In this document: in pieces, positions 47,965 to 56,814 of the stretch
Layout of the letters: the number at the start of each line of letters is the position of its first letter
Numbering within the stretch: position 1 is the first letter of the stretch
Assembly (NCBI GenBank): GCA_027491915.1
Contig: JAOZGC010000004.1
Span: forward strand, 64,001 to 128,000
DNA: 64,000 nt
Source: Thermoproteota archaeon
GTDB taxonomy: Archaea; Korarchaeota; Korarchaeia; Korarchaeales; Korarchaeaceae
Reading direction: 5' to 3'
The notes under the pieces: generated by a model
What the model saw: the letters and a program-made list of their open reading frames with translations, nothing else
What the model was told of the DNA's origin: nothing
Database searches by the model: none
Translations under genes and position numbers: made by a program

Positions 47965-48935
47965 AAGGAGTGCTCCCACCCCCCGGACCTCAGCCTCCTG
48001 ATCTCACCCCCTCCTCCCTCCCTCAGCCACACCCCCTCTCCCTCTATCACCCTCCCTATCGTCATCAGTCGAACCCCCCTGGATTCAAAGGCCTTCACAG
48101 CCTCGTCCAGGAACTCGGGCCTTATGGTGAGGACCAGCTCGTACTCCTCCCCCCCATAGAAGGCTGCGTCGACGGGATTCACCCCCATCTCCAGGAGGGT
48201 CGAGAGCAACTCTTCCTCCACCGGGAGCCAGCTTATCTCGAACCCGACGCGGCTGGCGGCGCCCAGCTCCTCGAGCGTCCTCAGCAACCCGTCGCTGCTG
48301 TCGGCCGAGGAGGAGATGCCCTCCCAGAGCTCCCCAACGGCCTCCCCCTCGGGGAGGGGGGGAGACGGCTCCATCACGGCCTTGATGGCCCTCTCCTCCA
48401 GGGGCCTGGGGAGGGACACCTCCCCGAACGCCGCCCTGTAGCCGACCCAGGTCCACCCGAAGTACCCGGTGACCCCGACGACGTCCCCGGGGCGCGCGCC
48501 CCCCCTCCCCACCGGGTGCTCCGAGGATCCAAAGGCGACCGAGGTGAGCGAGACCTCGGGGGAGGCCCCGACGTCCCCGCCCAGGAAATCGGCGCCCAAC
48601 TCGCGCAGCCCGTCGGCCACCCCCCTGGCCAGCTGAACGACTTCTCCGGTCGACACGCCCCTCTTCAACCCTACCGCGATCATGAAGGCCTCTGGCCTGG
48701 CCCCCTTGGCCAGCACGTCCGAGAATCCCTGGACTACCGATTTCCTCCCAAATTGGCGGTAAGTCATGCCGGGCAGCCGGTCGGTCGACTCCGTCATCGA
48801 ATCCACGTTGACGACGGCCTTTCCCCTGAACTCCCAGGCGGCCGCGTCGTCGAACCCGACCCTGAGGGGAGATCTCCCCGCTCCGATCTCCCCGAGGAAA
48901 ATCTCTATGACCTCCCTCTCCCTCAACGGGCTCAC
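47961..48935 (-). CDS. thiL: Thiamine-monophosphate kinase
   Basis: E.E.I, DDAA, SDV.AKGARP, GGD, R.GA.PGD.V.VTG, DSSDGL, GGEEYEL, GWEH.F. Confidence 0.93.
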   Translation of the reverse strand: MSPLREREVIEIFLGEIGAGRSPLRVGFDDAAAWEFRGKAVVNVDSMTESTDRLPGMTYRQFGRKSVVQGFSDVLAKGARPEAFMIAVGLKRGVSTGEVVQLARGVADGLRELGADFLGGDVGASPEVSLTSVAFGSSEHPVGRGGARPGDVVGVTGYFGWTWVGYRAAFGEVSLPRPLEERAIKAVMEPSPPLPEGEAVGELWEGISSSADSSDGLLRTLEELGAASRVGFEISWLPVEEELLSTLLEMGVNPVDAAFYGGEEYELVLTIRPEFLDEAVKAFESRGVRLMTIGRVIEGEGVWLREGGGGEIRRLRSGGWEHSF

Positions 48936-49020
48936 CGCTCAACCCGTGGTCGCGCCCCCCCCGCCAGCATGGGTTAATATTTTGTAAGACGCGGCGGGTG
49001 GAATTCGGAGGCAGTACGCC

Positions 49021-50364
49021 ATGGGATTCGAGGTCGGGGTCCGCCGGGTGGTCATACTCGGGGCTGCCGGGAGGGACTTCCACAACTTCAACGTCTTCTT
49101 CAGGGACAACCCGTCCTACAGGGTCGTGGCCTTCACCGCGGCCCAGCTCCCCAACATATCCGGTAGGAGGTATCCCCCAGATCTGGCCGGTAGCCTCTAC
49201 CCTGAGGGTATACCGATCCTGAGCGAGGAGGACCTCCCCAAGATAATAGAGGAGAACTCGATCGACCTGGTCGTCTTCTCCTACAGCGACGTCCCCCATC
49301 AGTACATAATGGAGAGGGCGGCCGTCGCCCAGGCCCACGGAGCAGATTTCATGCTTCTGGGGCCGAAGAGCACCATGCTGAAATCGAAGAAGCCGGTCGT
49401 GGCCGTCACGGCCGTCAGGACCGGGTCCGGGAAGAGCCCCACCTCCAGGAGGGTGGCCCGGATCCTGAGGGAGAGGGGCATCAGGGTCGCCGTGATAAGG
49501 CACCCCATGCCCTACGGGAACCTCAGCGAGCAGGCTGTCCAGAGGTTCGAGACCCTGGAAGATCTCGACAGGGAGAAGTGCACCATAGAGGAGAGGGAGG
49601 ATTACGAGCCCCACATAAGGATGGGGAGCGTGGTGTTCGCCGGCGTGGACTACGCGCGCATACTGGAGAGGGCCGAGGCCGAGGCCGACGTCATACTCTG
49701 GGACGGGGGGAACAACGACTTCCCGTTCTACGTGCCGGATCTCTGGATAACCGTCGCCGATCCGCTGCGGGCTGGTCACGAGCTGACCTACTGGCCCGGC
49801 TCTGTCAACATAAGGGCCGCCGACGTGGTGATAATAAACAAGGTCGACGTCGCCAGCTCGGCCGAGATAGAGGAAGTCCGATCGAACGTCATCAGCGTGA
49901 ACCCGGGGGCCACCATAATAGAGGCGGCCATGCCCATATCCGTGGACCGGCCCGAGCTGATAAGGGGCAAGAGGGTCCTGGTGGTCGAGGACGGGCCCAC
50001 AGTGACCCACGGGGAGATGGGATTCGGGGCCGGGTACCTGGCGGCCCTGAGGTTCGGGGCCTCCGAGATAGTTGACCCGCGGCCCTTCGCCGTAGGATCC
50101 ATAAGGGAGACCTTCGAGAAGTACGGCCACCTGAAAGACGTCCTCCCGGCCGTGGGCTACGGAGACAGGCAGATGAGGGAGCTCGAGGAGGTAATAAACG
50201 GGGCAGACGCCGACACCGTCATCCTGGGGACCCCGACCGACCTGTCCCGGTACCTGAGAATCAACAAGCCGGCGGTCCACGTGACCTACGAGATCCAGGA
50301 GATAGGGAGTCCCACGCTGGCGGACGTGGTGGACGAATTCCTGGAGAGGGTGAACTTACCTTGA
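49021..50364 (+). CDS. P-loop ATP-dependent ligase of the arginine synthetase (ArcE) / cDPG-synthetase-like family
   Basis: GAAGRDFHNFN, VAFTA.Q, AVRTGSGKS, RHPMPYG, EEREDYEPH, WDGGNND, VEDGPT.THG. Confidence 0.85.
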   Translation: MGFEVGVRRVVILGAAGRDFHNFNVFFRDNPSYRVVAFTAAQLPNISGRRYPPDLAGSLYPEGIPILSEEDLPKIIEENSIDLVVFSYSDVPHQYIMERAAVAQAHGADFMLLGPKSTMLKSKKPVVAVTAVRTGSGKSPTSRRVARILRERGIRVAVIRHPMPYGNLSEQAVQRFETLEDLDREKCTIEEREDYEPHIRMGSVVFAGVDYARILERAEAEADVILWDGGNNDFPFYVPDLWITVADPLRAGHELTYWPGSVNIRAADVVIINKVDVASSAEIEEVRSNVISVNPGATIIEAAMPISVDRPELIRGKRVLVVEDGPTVTHGEMGFGAGYLAALRFGASEIVDPRPFAVGSIRETFEKYGHLKDVLPAVGYGDRQMRELEEVINGADADTVILGTPTDLSRYLRINKPAVHVTYEIQEIGSPTLADVVDEFLERVNLP

Positions 50365-51131
50365 AAGTGGAGAGGAGGATCTGGAGGCTGAGCTGGCCGG
50401 AGCTGGCCGAGGCCACCTTGGAGAGGGACCTAGCAATCCTACCGGTCGGGGTCGTGGAGGCCCACGGCCCGCACCTCCCGCTAGGGACGGACTTCATCAT
50501 CCCAACCTGGCTCGCGGAGAGGCTGGCGGACGAGCTGGACGCCATGATAGCCCCGACCATCCCGTACGGCAACGTGGAATCCCTGTCCGGGTACGTGGGA
50601 TCCATGTCCATAGGCCCAGACGTCTTAGAGGGACTGGTCTACGACGTCGTTAGGTCTCTGGCCGAGAGCGGATTCTCCAGGATCATACTGCTCAACGGTC
50701 ACGGCGGATCGAGGCACCTGGACGCCTTGAAGAGCGCGATCAGGAGAGCCTGGAGGGATCTGGGCGTGAAGACCGTGCTGGTCAACTGGTGGATCCTCGG
50801 ATCCGAGGCGGCCAGGGAGGTGCTCGGTTCGGTCGGGGGTCACGCCGGGACCGAGGAGACCGCGGCCATTATGGTCGTGGACCCCTCCCTCGTCAAGCGG
50901 AGCCTGTTCGACAGGTCCGAGGTGTACCTCTACGAGGAGGGGATCGACCCGTATCCGTCGCCGGGTTCCATCCTGCTCTACTCCGGGGACGACAGGGCCG
51001 AGCTGCCCGACGAGGGGGCCGCCGAGGCCTTCATGGAGAGGCTGGTCTCCGATCTGTCCGAGAAGATCAGGAGGATCCTGATGGGGTGGGACGGTCAGGA
51101 GGGCGCGGGGTGGGAGTTGTCCCGGGATTGA
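50361..51131 (+). CDS. Creatininase-family amidohydrolase
   Basis: LPVG..EAHGPHLPLGTD, NGHGG, GHAG..ET. Confidence 0.9.
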   Translation: MKVERRIWRLSWPELAEATLERDLAILPVGVVEAHGPHLPLGTDFIIPTWLAERLADELDAMIAPTIPYGNVESLSGYVGSMSIGPDVLEGLVYDVVRSLAESGFSRIILLNGHGGSRHLDALKSAIRRAWRDLGVKTVLVNWWILGSEAAREVLGSVGGHAGTEETAAIMVVDPSLVKRSLFDRSEVYLYEEGIDPYPSPGSILLYSGDDRAELPDEGAAEAFMERLVSDLSEKIRRILMGWDGQEGAGWELSRD

Positions 51132-52495
51132 GGAAGACCAAGATCCTGGCTACCCTCGGACCCGCATCCGGCGGGGGTGAGGTCCCCCTCCTCCTGGCCA
51201 GGGAGGGGGCGGACTGCTTCAGGATAAACTTCTCCCACGGGAACAGGGAGAGGTGGGCCGCCTACGTCTCGGCGGCGAGGAAGGTGGAGGAGAGGCTGGG
51301 CCGCCCGGTGGGCCTGGTGGGGGACCTGACCGGCCCGACCGTGAGGATCTCCCTCGAGAGACCGGTGGAGATCCAGAAGGGGGAGGGACTGACCTTCTCC
51401 TACGGCGAGGGGGAGGGGGTGAGGCTCGAGGGCGCGGACGTGCTGGGCTCTCTGGAGGTGGGAGACGAGGTCGTGATCGACGAGGGGAGGCTGAGGTTCG
51501 TCGTCCAAGGGGTGGGCGTTAGGTCGTTCGAGGCCCTCGCCCTGGTGGGCGGCGTTCTCAAGCCCGGTAAGAAGCTGGCCGTGACCGGAAAGGAACTGGA
51601 ATCTCCTCCCCTCACCGAGAAGGACTTTAGGGACCTGTCCTTCGTCGTCAGCAGCGACTTCGACTACGTGGGCCTGAGCTTCGTCAGGTCGCCCTCCGAC
51701 GTCAGGGCCCTGAGGGATCTGCTGGACTCCAAAGGCAGGGACGACGTCAGGGTGATCGCCAAGATAGAGACTTCTTCGGCGGTCGATCGCGTCGAGGACA
51801 TAGCCCGGGAGTCGGACGCCCTCATGATAGCGCGGGGGGACCTGGGGATACACTTCCCGCTGGAGGAGATACCGGCGATCCAGAGGAGGATAATAAGGGC
51901 CGCCCGATCCGCAGGGAAACCCGCCCTCGTTGCCACCCAGCTGCTGGAAAGCATGGTGAGCAATCCGGTTCCCACCAGGAGCGAGGTGGTCGACGTCATG
52001 ATGGCAGTGTCCCAGGGGGCCGACGCTCTGGTCCTCGCCGGCGAGACGGCCGTGGGGGGCTTCCCGGTGGAGGCGGTCAGGTGGATCAGGAAGATAGTTG
52101 AGAGGGCGGAGGAGGAGTACAGGCCGCCCCCACCGGAGATAGAGGGCGCCACGATATACGACAACTTCGCCAGGGGAGTGGCCCTGCTGGCCGACAGCCT
52201 GGGAGCCAAGATACTGATCTACACCAGGAGCGGCAGGACAGCCGAGAGGATATCGAGGTACAGGCCGAGCTCGCCCATACACGCCTCCACCGGATCTAAG
52301 AGGGTAGCCCGACAGATGTCCCTCCTGTGGGGAGTCAATCCGATCCACGTCGACTCCACCGACAGGGAGGGCGCACTGAGTAGGCTCGTCGCCGAGCTGA
52401 AGGAGTCCGGGGCGGTCTCCTTCGGAGACCTCCTGGTGCTTGCCTACGGCCTCACCCCGGGCGCCACAGACGTCCTCAGGATAATGGCCGTATGA
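51128..52495 (+). CDS. pyk: Pyruvate kinase
   Basis: RKTKILATLGPAS, RINFSHG, SFVR, IAKIE, MIARGDLG, ATQLLESM..P.PTRSEV.D; TTGA overlap with creatininase. Confidence 0.95.
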   Translation: MRKTKILATLGPASGGGEVPLLLAREGADCFRINFSHGNRERWAAYVSAARKVEERLGRPVGLVGDLTGPTVRISLERPVEIQKGEGLTFSYGEGEGVRLEGADVLGSLEVGDEVVIDEGRLRFVVQGVGVRSFEALALVGGVLKPGKKLAVTGKELESPPLTEKDFRDLSFVVSSDFDYVGLSFVRSPSDVRALRDLLDSKGRDDVRVIAKIETSSAVDRVEDIARESDALMIARGDLGIHFPLEEIPAIQRRIIRAARSAGKPALVATQLLESMVSNPVPTRSEVVDVMMAVSQGADALVLAGETAVGGFPVEAVRWIRKIVERAEEEYRPPPPEIEGATIYDNFARGVALLADSLGAKILIYTRSGRTAERISRYRPSSPIHASTGSKRVARQMSLLWGVNPIHVDSTDREGALSRLVAELKESGAVSFGDLLVLAYGLTPGATDVLRIMAV

Positions 52496-53021
52496 CCCCA
52501 CGCTAAGCTAAAGAAAATGAGGGTGACCGCGTCACATAGGCCACGATCCCAACGAACGTCCGGCTAAGTCTATCCAATATAATTTACACAATCCAGATTT
52601 TAGATTTACTTCATTTAAATTTGTTTTGGGGCGGGTCGGCTCTCCGATTCCGTCGGCGAGCTACCGCGCATCCCGATTCGTTTTTCAGCAGCCCCCCTTC
52701 AATTGCGCGGCCGTGATGAAATTCGATCTCGCCGAGAAGCTCGACGATGGCCTGGTTCTACCCGACTTAGGACGGTCAGGCGGATGGTCAACATAATTAA
52801 TTTCTGGGTGAATTTTTCAAATTAAATATCTTACAACCGTGGTGGAATCCTCATTATGATCAAATTTGAAGCCTCGCGTCAATATGAGAGAAACTGGATC
52901 TCCTAACCTTTCCAGACCGCGCGAGCCCGGCTCCCCGGGCCGCGGATGACAGGGAATTCGGGGCGGCACCTTCGGATCTCGAAGGGAGAGATCGCGGTCC
53001 GATCATAGAAAAGATTAAATA
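52496..53021. other. Long AT-enriched intergenic region (candidate origin or regulatory region)
   Basis: ~590-bp gap before the histone gene with two AT-rich blocks (~52570-52628, ~52790-52870) in an otherwise GC-rich, gene-dense window. Confidence 0.4.
52713..52765 (+). ncRNA. Possible box C/D sRNA
   Basis: GTGATGA, 12-nt guide, CCGA, TCGACGA, 14-nt guide, CCGA; spacing typical but D/D' boxes degenerate. Confidence 0.3.
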
Positions 53022-53086
53022 ACGTAGCCGACCCGACTGATCAATCCCAAGAGATTTGGGAGCAAAAGAATGGGGGTGTATGAGGG

Positions 53087-53317
53087 ATGCCGCAGAAGGC
53101 CGCGAAGTACCTGCCCCTGGCGCCCATATATCGGATCATAAAGGAGGCCGGCGCCGAGAGGGTTAGCGACAGCGCGAAGATCCGGCTGGCCTACCACCTG
53201 GAGAAGTTCGCCTCTGAGGTTGCCAAGCAGGCCGTCGACCTCGCTCGGCACGCCAAGAGGAAGACCGTCACCGACAAGGACATAGAGCTGGCCGTGTCCT
53301 CCGTCTGGAGGAGGTGA
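53087..53317 (+). CDS. Archaeal histone (HMf-like)
   Basis: LPLAPI.RIIK.AGAERVS..A, A..LA.HAKRKTV...DIELA; ATTAAATA promoter at 53014-53021. Confidence 0.96.
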   Translation: MPQKAAKYLPLAPIYRIIKEAGAERVSDSAKIRLAYHLEKFASEVAKQAVDLARHAKRKTVTDKDIELAVSSVWRR

Positions 53318-53326
53318 AGAGCCTCC

Positions 53327-53659
53327 TCATCCTCTCTTCTTTTTTTGGACCTCCTCTAGAATCTTGAGTATCTCTTCTCCCGCCTCCAGGGCGCCCCTGG
53401 CGTCTATCTCGGAGCAGGATCCCTCCTCCGGCGGGATTGGAGGCCCTATCTCCGGCTCGCATATCGGAGTCAGCCAGGGTGAGGATCTGCACAGGGAATC
53501 TATCCTCTCCCTGGCCCATTCTGGCAGGTCGATGGATCCGGCGAACTTCATGGCCTCGGAGATCGCCTTCTGAACGGCGACGACGGAGGTGACGCACTTG
53601 CCCGAGGAGTACACCTCCCGGGCCTGTCTCAGGAGATCCCTCACCCTCTCGATACTCAC
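53327..53659 (-). CDS. Small HEPN-like helical protein
   Basis: L..A...Y..G......VQ.A...A.K N-helices and DA..ALE.GEEIL C-helix typical of HEPN. Confidence 0.55.
   Translation of the reverse strand: MSIERVRDLLRQAREVYSSGKCVTSVVAVQKAISEAMKFAGSIDLPEWARERIDSLCRSSPWLTPICEPEIGPPIPPEEGSCSEIDARGALEAGEEILKILEEVQKKKRG
53333..53346 (+). terminator. Oligo-T terminator of histone gene
   Basis: TCTCTTCTTTTTTT shortly after the stop. Confidence 0.55.
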
Positions 53660-53680
53660 CGCGCATCCCCCACATCCACT

Positions 53681-53759
53681 TGGCGGGCCCGGCGGGACTC
53701 GAACCCGCGGCCTGCGGCTCCGAAGGCCGCCGCTCTAATCCTTACTGAGCTACGGGCCC
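53681..53759 (-). tRNA. tRNA-Arg(TCG), CCA encoded
   Basis: GGGCCCGTAGCTCAG...GCGGC-CTTCGGA-GCCGC...GGTTCGAGTCC..CGGGCCCGCCA. Confidence 0.96.
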
Positions 53760-54979
53760 GTCGTCCCCGTCCGCCCTACCGACTTTAACCTTTTCTTCCT
53801 GAACAGCCCGTAGGCCACCCCACCCACCACCAGGACGATCAGCACGGCTGCCAGGGGGATCCAGTCTCCCTCCACCATCTTAACTCCCAGAAACCCGAAG
53901 AGCGCCGCCCTCGGCACCAGGGCGACCACGTTGGCCCCCAGGAAGGGGAGGAGCTCCATGTTGGACAGCCCCGCCGCGTAGGAGACCAGGTCCACCGGGC
54001 TGAAGGGGAGCAGCCGGGCGACTACCACCGCCAGGACCCCCCACCTCCGAAACCACCCATCCACCGCCGAGATCACCTCTTCCCTGAACAGCCTCGTGAC
54101 GAAGGGCCTGCCCGCGAGCCTGGCGATGTAGAAGTTGGTCAGGGCCCCCAGGGTCCCCCCTATCCCGCCGTATACTCCCACCTCCACGGGGCTCATACCA
54201 AGGGCTCCGGCCGCTATTAGGAGGGCGTCGGCCGGGATGGGGGATATCACCGACTGGGCTATCATCGCCAGTATGAGGCCCGGCCCGCCATAGGAGTGCA
54301 CCCACCCCACCACGGTCTCTATGGCCGGCTGGTAGCTGGCCGCCATCCCGTAGAGGTCGGGGACGAACCGGACGTTCAGCAGTCCCAGGGAAGCCAAGAC
54401 CATACCCAGGTAACTCGGTCTGATCTTCTCGTCGAGGGCGGAGGCCTTCCAGACCAGCAGCGCCGCCGTGGAGACCAGCAGGGCCATGGGGGAACGGAGG
54501 TCCGCGGGTGAGAGGAACATCACCGGGATGGAGGAGAGGGAGGCCAGGGCGGCGGCCTTCCTCCCTCCCACCCCGGAGGCAGTAAGGGCGGCCAGCGCCG
54601 CGCCCGACCCGCCAAAACCCATGACAGACATACCCTGGACGAATCCGGAGACGAAGCCGTCGGAGGCGCCCGGATCCCTGCCCTCCTCCGCGGCCAGCAG
54701 GTCGAACCTCATCATCAGCGCGGCGATCCACACCATCGCAGAGAGGGCGGCGCAGGCCGATCCCCCGATCACCGCGTTGCCCGCCGGCACCAGGGATCGG
54801 AAGGCCGCCCCGACGACCGCCGAGGTTATCAGCGCAGAGACCGCCGGAGCGAGCATTTCCCTCGATGAGATCTCCTCCCCGTAGACCAACAGTCCCGCTA
54901 TGGCCTGAATCCGCCCCCCGGTCACCGGCCGCGCCGGGATCCACTCCGTCAACCCCGCCAGAGCCCACCCGTAGTCCAG
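53750..54979 (-). CDS. Fusion of degenerate BacA/UppP-like domain and DedA/VTT (TVP38/TMEM64) domain; start CTG 54979 or ATG 55012
   Basis: AGLTEWIP and GFVQG....GFGGSGA....G.....A....L.SIP resemble the BacA motifs; C-half SPIPAD, G..LGA..NF.IAR..GRP, ARLLPF.P.DLVSYAAGLS is DedA. Confidence 0.75.
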   Translation of the reverse strand: MDYGWALAGLTEWIPARPVTGGRIQAIAGLLVYGEEISSREMLAPAVSALITSAVVGAAFRSLVPAGNAVIGGSACAALSAMVWIAALMMRFDLLAAEEGRDPGASDGFVSGFVQGMSVMGFGGSGAALAALTASGVGGRKAAALASLSSIPVMFLSPADLRSPMALLVSTAALLVWKASALDEKIRPSYLGMVLASLGLLNVRFVPDLYGMAASYQPAIETVVGWVHSYGGPGLILAMIAQSVISPIPADALLIAAGALGMSPVEVGVYGGIGGTLGALTNFYIARLAGRPFVTRLFREEVISAVDGWFRRWGVLAVVVARLLPFSPVDLVSYAAGLSNMELLPFLGANVVALVPRAALFGFLGVKMVEGDWIPLAAVLIVLVVGGVAYGLFRKKRLKSVGRTGTTGP

Positions 54980-55042
54980 GCCCGAACCCTGAGCGCCGGT
55001 GATGCAGCACATTCTTAATCTATTGCGGCCTCCCCCGGCTAG

Positions 55043-55873
55043 ATGTCCGGCGGCCTGCAGCTGTCCTTCGGAGCCATGAACAATCCGGAGAAGAGGTTGA
55101 AGTCCGACCTCAACCTCCTGGCCGATTTGGATCTGGAATACATTGAGCTTACGGTGGAGTGGCCAGAATCTAGGCCCGAACTCGTCAGGGAGAACCTCCC
55201 CTGGCTGGCCGACTTCCTGGCCGAGCGGGGTCTGGGGATCCTGATCCACACGCCGTGGTACCTCGAGATAGCATCTCCCTACGCCCCCGTCAGGGAGGGG
55301 GCGCTGTCGATCGGCAGGGACATCATCGAGCTGGCCGCCGAGCTGGACTCCCCCCTGGTGACCTTTCACCCCTACACCCCGGGATGGCTGTCCGGCACCT
55401 CCAAGAGGAGGGTGGAGGCCAGGAGGCTCAACGCCTCCTCGATGTCGAGCCTGGTCGAGATGGGATCCGAGGTCGGAGTTCAGGTCCTGGTGGAGAACGT
55501 GGATCACGGGGCCTTCAGCTCGGTCTCCGACCTGGCTTTTCTGTTGAACGAGGTTCCCCACCTCGGCCTGACCCTGGACATCGGGCACGCCTTCCTGGGG
55601 GGAGGGGAGGACAAGCTTAGGTCATACTTCGACAAGTTGGGGGAGAGGGTACTCCACGTCCACGTGCACGACAACTTCGGTCGGGGGGACGACCACCTCC
55701 CGGTGGGGGCCGGCAGGGTTCCCTGGAGGAAGGTGGGAGAGCTCCTGGCCTCCCTGCCCTACGAGGGAACGGTCACGATAGAGGCGCACGTTCAGGATCG
55801 CGAGTACCTGAGGTTCTCCCGCGAGAGGCTCCTCGCGTACTGGCGCCGCTGGCTCTCGGCGGAGGAGGAGTGA
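55043..55873 (+). CDS. Sugar phosphate isomerase/epimerase (AP endonuclease 2 TIM-barrel) family protein
   Basis: IHTP, TFHP, VEN, LTLDIGHA, HVHVHDN.G..DDHLP.G.G, TIE. Confidence 0.88.
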   Translation: MSGGLQLSFGAMNNPEKRLKSDLNLLADLDLEYIELTVEWPESRPELVRENLPWLADFLAERGLGILIHTPWYLEIASPYAPVREGALSIGRDIIELAAELDSPLVTFHPYTPGWLSGTSKRRVEARRLNASSMSSLVEMGSEVGVQVLVENVDHGAFSSVSDLAFLLNEVPHLGLTLDIGHAFLGGGEDKLRSYFDKLGERVLHVHVHDNFGRGDDHLPVGAGRVPWRKVGELLASLPYEGTVTIEAHVQDREYLRFSRERLLAYWRRWLSAEEE

Positions 55874-55964
55874 GAGCCGGGAGGGATGGTGGGGATCCGC
55901 CCGGCCCCCCGGCGCCGCGGCTATCCCTAATATAGGCGTCGGCGGCCTTGGGTGGGGAGGACCG

Positions 55965-56786
55965 TTGAGGGTCTCCTTCGTAGCCTCTACTTCCGACCCG
56001 GCGGCCGCCACCATGCTAGACCTGGTGGAGGACAGCCAGGAGCTCGCGGCCAAGCTCGATCGCTGGGGGCCCCTGATAAGGCTGGACGGTGAGGTCCTCT
56101 ACTCTGAGGAGCCGGACGAGGTGAGGGAAGAGAGGCCGGACCTCGTCGTGGTGCTCTCGAGGCACTCGGGCACCCCAGGGAGGCCGATCCTGACGACCCA
56201 CGTCCCGGGGAACTTCGGCGACGCGCCGTTCGGCGGCGAGCCCAGGAGACTCGGCGTGGCCGCGCCCCTCTTCATGAAGGCCTTTCTGAGGAGGGCCAGG
56301 GCGGAGGCCCCCCCGGGGTACGAGGTCCACATGGAGCCGACCCACCACGGGCCCACCTGGGACGTCCCCACGGCTTTCGTAGAGGTCGGATGCTCCGAGG
56401 AGAACTGGCTGCACCGCCCGGCCGCGGAGTCTGTCCTGAGGTCCGTCGTCGGCGCCCTGGAGGATCTAGAGTCTCCCGAGTCTAGCGGCCTGAGCGGCGC
56501 GACCATCGCGGCCGGCTTCGGCGGTCCCCACATCAACAGGAGGTTCTCCAAGATACAGCTCCGATCCGGCGTCGCCCTGGGACACATACTCCGTAAGTTC
56601 GACTCTGGATCGGCCGATAGGTCCACCGTCATCCAGTCCATCAGGCGCGTCTGGCCGAGGAGGGCGAGCTTGGCCGTCGTCGACAGGAAGGGCCTGCCCG
56701 GAGAGAGGAGGAGGTGGATCCTTGGGATCCTGGAGGAGGAGGGGGTCGAGGTCGTCAGGGCCGACAGGATCCCGCTCGAGGACTGA
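55965..56786 (+). CDS. dtdA: D-aminoacyl-tRNA deacylase (archaeal DTD2/GEK1)
   Basis: S..DPA, LSRHS, LTTH.PGN, E.THHGPT, FVEVG..E..W, GFGGPH, GHI. Confidence 0.9.
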   Translation: MRVSFVASTSDPAAATMLDLVEDSQELAAKLDRWGPLIRLDGEVLYSEEPDEVREERPDLVVVLSRHSGTPGRPILTTHVPGNFGDAPFGGEPRRLGVAAPLFMKAFLRRARAEAPPGYEVHMEPTHHGPTWDVPTAFVEVGCSEENWLHRPAAESVLRSVVGALEDLESPESSGLSGATIAAGFGGPHINRRFSKIQLRSGVALGHILRKFDSGSADRSTVIQSIRRVWPRRASLAVVDRKGLPGERRRWILGILEEEGVEVVRADRIPLED

Positions 56787-56814
56787 GCGTCCGAGGTATC
56801 GCACGCTCTTCCTC

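Noticed and set aside
9871-53718. ~35-bp near-identical repeat at 9871-9906 and 53684-53719 (and part of 3464-3490) as possible attL/attR of an integrated element
   Set aside because: All copies belong to complete tRNA genes; the intervening DNA is housekeeping and there is no integrase.
55013-55588. N-terminal ~190 aa of the 612-aa minus ORF
   Set aside because: It is antisense to the isomerase gene; the real protein begins near 54979-55012.
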